DNA of 64,000 bases from Vicugna vicugna. Lineage: Eukaryota. The translations under genes were made by a program, and so were the position numbers. Of this stretch, positions 63,903 through 64,000 are shown piece after piece. Position 1 is the first letter of the stretch, and every line of letters starts with the position of its first letter. The notes beneath the pieces were generated by a model that saw nothing but the letters and a program-made list of their open reading frames with translations, made no database searches and was not told where the DNA came from. The DNA lies in assembly GCA_013265495.1 (NCBI GenBank), contig MU058475.1, positions 434,001-498,000 of the forward strand. Direction: 5' to 3'.

Positions 63903-64000
63903 TGAATAAAATTCACGTCTTATGGCAAGACAAGAAAAATTTAAACTCAAAAAATTCTTCTCTGCCCTTTGGCGCCCTCTCTCCCCTAACCACACACGGT

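Overview
Mammalian nuclear DNA, most likely a camelid (Camelus/Vicugna/Lama). This is inferred from eight copies of a tRNA-derived SINE resembling the camelid Vic-1 family plus artiodactyl-type L1 3' ends. A large share of the window is transposable-element fossil (L1, L2, MIR, MaLR/ERV LTRs, Tigger/hAT DNA transposons). It also holds a 321-N gap, a near full-length U2 snRNA retrocopy, a tailless 5S rRNA fragment with target-site duplications (TSDs), and several local duplications. I recognise no intact named protein-coding gene. Most ORFs in the supplied track are L1 remnants or chance GC-rich frames opened with bacterial alternative starts. The most interesting signal lies in the unique DNA: two convergent chains of exon-like segments with GT-AG boundaries and phase-compatible frames interrupted by stops. 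One is on + (about 3.6-8.5 kb, possibly extending to about 35.5 kb). The other is on - (about 63.4 to 55.5 kb, possibly to 45.7 kb) and has a solo LTR inserted inside one exon. They look like two decayed (unitary) pseudogenes that I cannot name. Repeat family names come from remembered consensus motifs, not a database search, and repeat boundaries without TSDs are approximate. No CRISPR or other prokaryote-type system is present.
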